From Ginkgo biloba (taxonomy: Eukaryota > Plantae > Ginkgophyta), in assembly GCA_024626585.2 (NCBI GenBank), contig JANKJI020000004.1, positions 106,995,413 to 107,018,029 on the forward strand: a stretch of DNA of 22,617 bases. The letters are read 5' to 3'. The translations under genes and the position numbers were made by a program. The notes under the pieces are model-generated. The model made no database searches. It had not been told where the DNA came from and worked only from the letters and a program-made list of their open reading frames with translations. Each line of letters starts with the position of its first letter. The stretch's first letter is position 1. This document shows, piece after piece, positions 22,071 to 22,617 of this stretch.

Positions 22071-22617
22071 TTGATTTTGCAATAAAGGTTGCTTTAGTAC
22101 CCTCACCAATTGATCAAATTCATTATAAAAATGGATGGAACTTATGTCTCCTACATTTGAATGGTGCACATTATTGCTAGATTCATAACTAACAATGAAC
22201 TTTGATTTGGTACAATGTTTTACCTGTAGCACTGCAAAATCATCTTGTTTGAGGGGTAGAATTCATGATTTTAATTTGGTTTCCCTTTTGCTTGTATGCT
22301 CTAAGCTAACTTTATTCAAGAATTCATACTCCTTTGAAATTATCCAACCTCAAATGGAAATATATGAGGGTCAAAGAAATAACACCTTCCACACAATTAG
22401 ACTTTATGGTCTTGCTTTGTGTTTTGTGTTGACTAATAGTTGTTCATGCATTATGTGTGTGGCCAATCTCGTTTAAATAATGATCTTATCGTCGATGTGG
22501 TTCAATGAGCTGGTCAATTATCAAATAATGAAATATTGGAATTGTTGACAAACGTTTTTCAAGAATTTATATGATGTTTGATATTTGAAAAAAAACAAGC
22601 TCACGAAGTCATCTTAA

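Overview
AT-rich land-plant genomic scaffold with many N gaps. A gymnosperm-like origin is my inference from the old, CpG-depleted LTR debris and the gene's motif mix. The only recognisable gene is a + strand IQ67-domain (IQD, calmodulin/microtubule scaffold) gene at about 14390-17250, with five coding segments and phase-0 introns. It carries two lesions. A frameshift with a stop follows codon 7. The intron-4 acceptor and the start of exon 5 are missing, and a locally templated 12-bp filler sits at that junction. The rest of the frame is intact, and cryptic splice sites exist that could restore the frame at both lesions. Upstream lie a decayed minus-strand Ty3/gypsy retrotransposon (gag, tRNA-Met PBS, LTR edge), other unclassified TE remnants and a degenerate ~30-bp-period core-plus-spacer array. 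Downstream are several tandem duplications with units of 16, 53, 64, ~121 and ~180 bp. I see no evidence of a new multi-gene system, prokaryotic genes or CRISPR.
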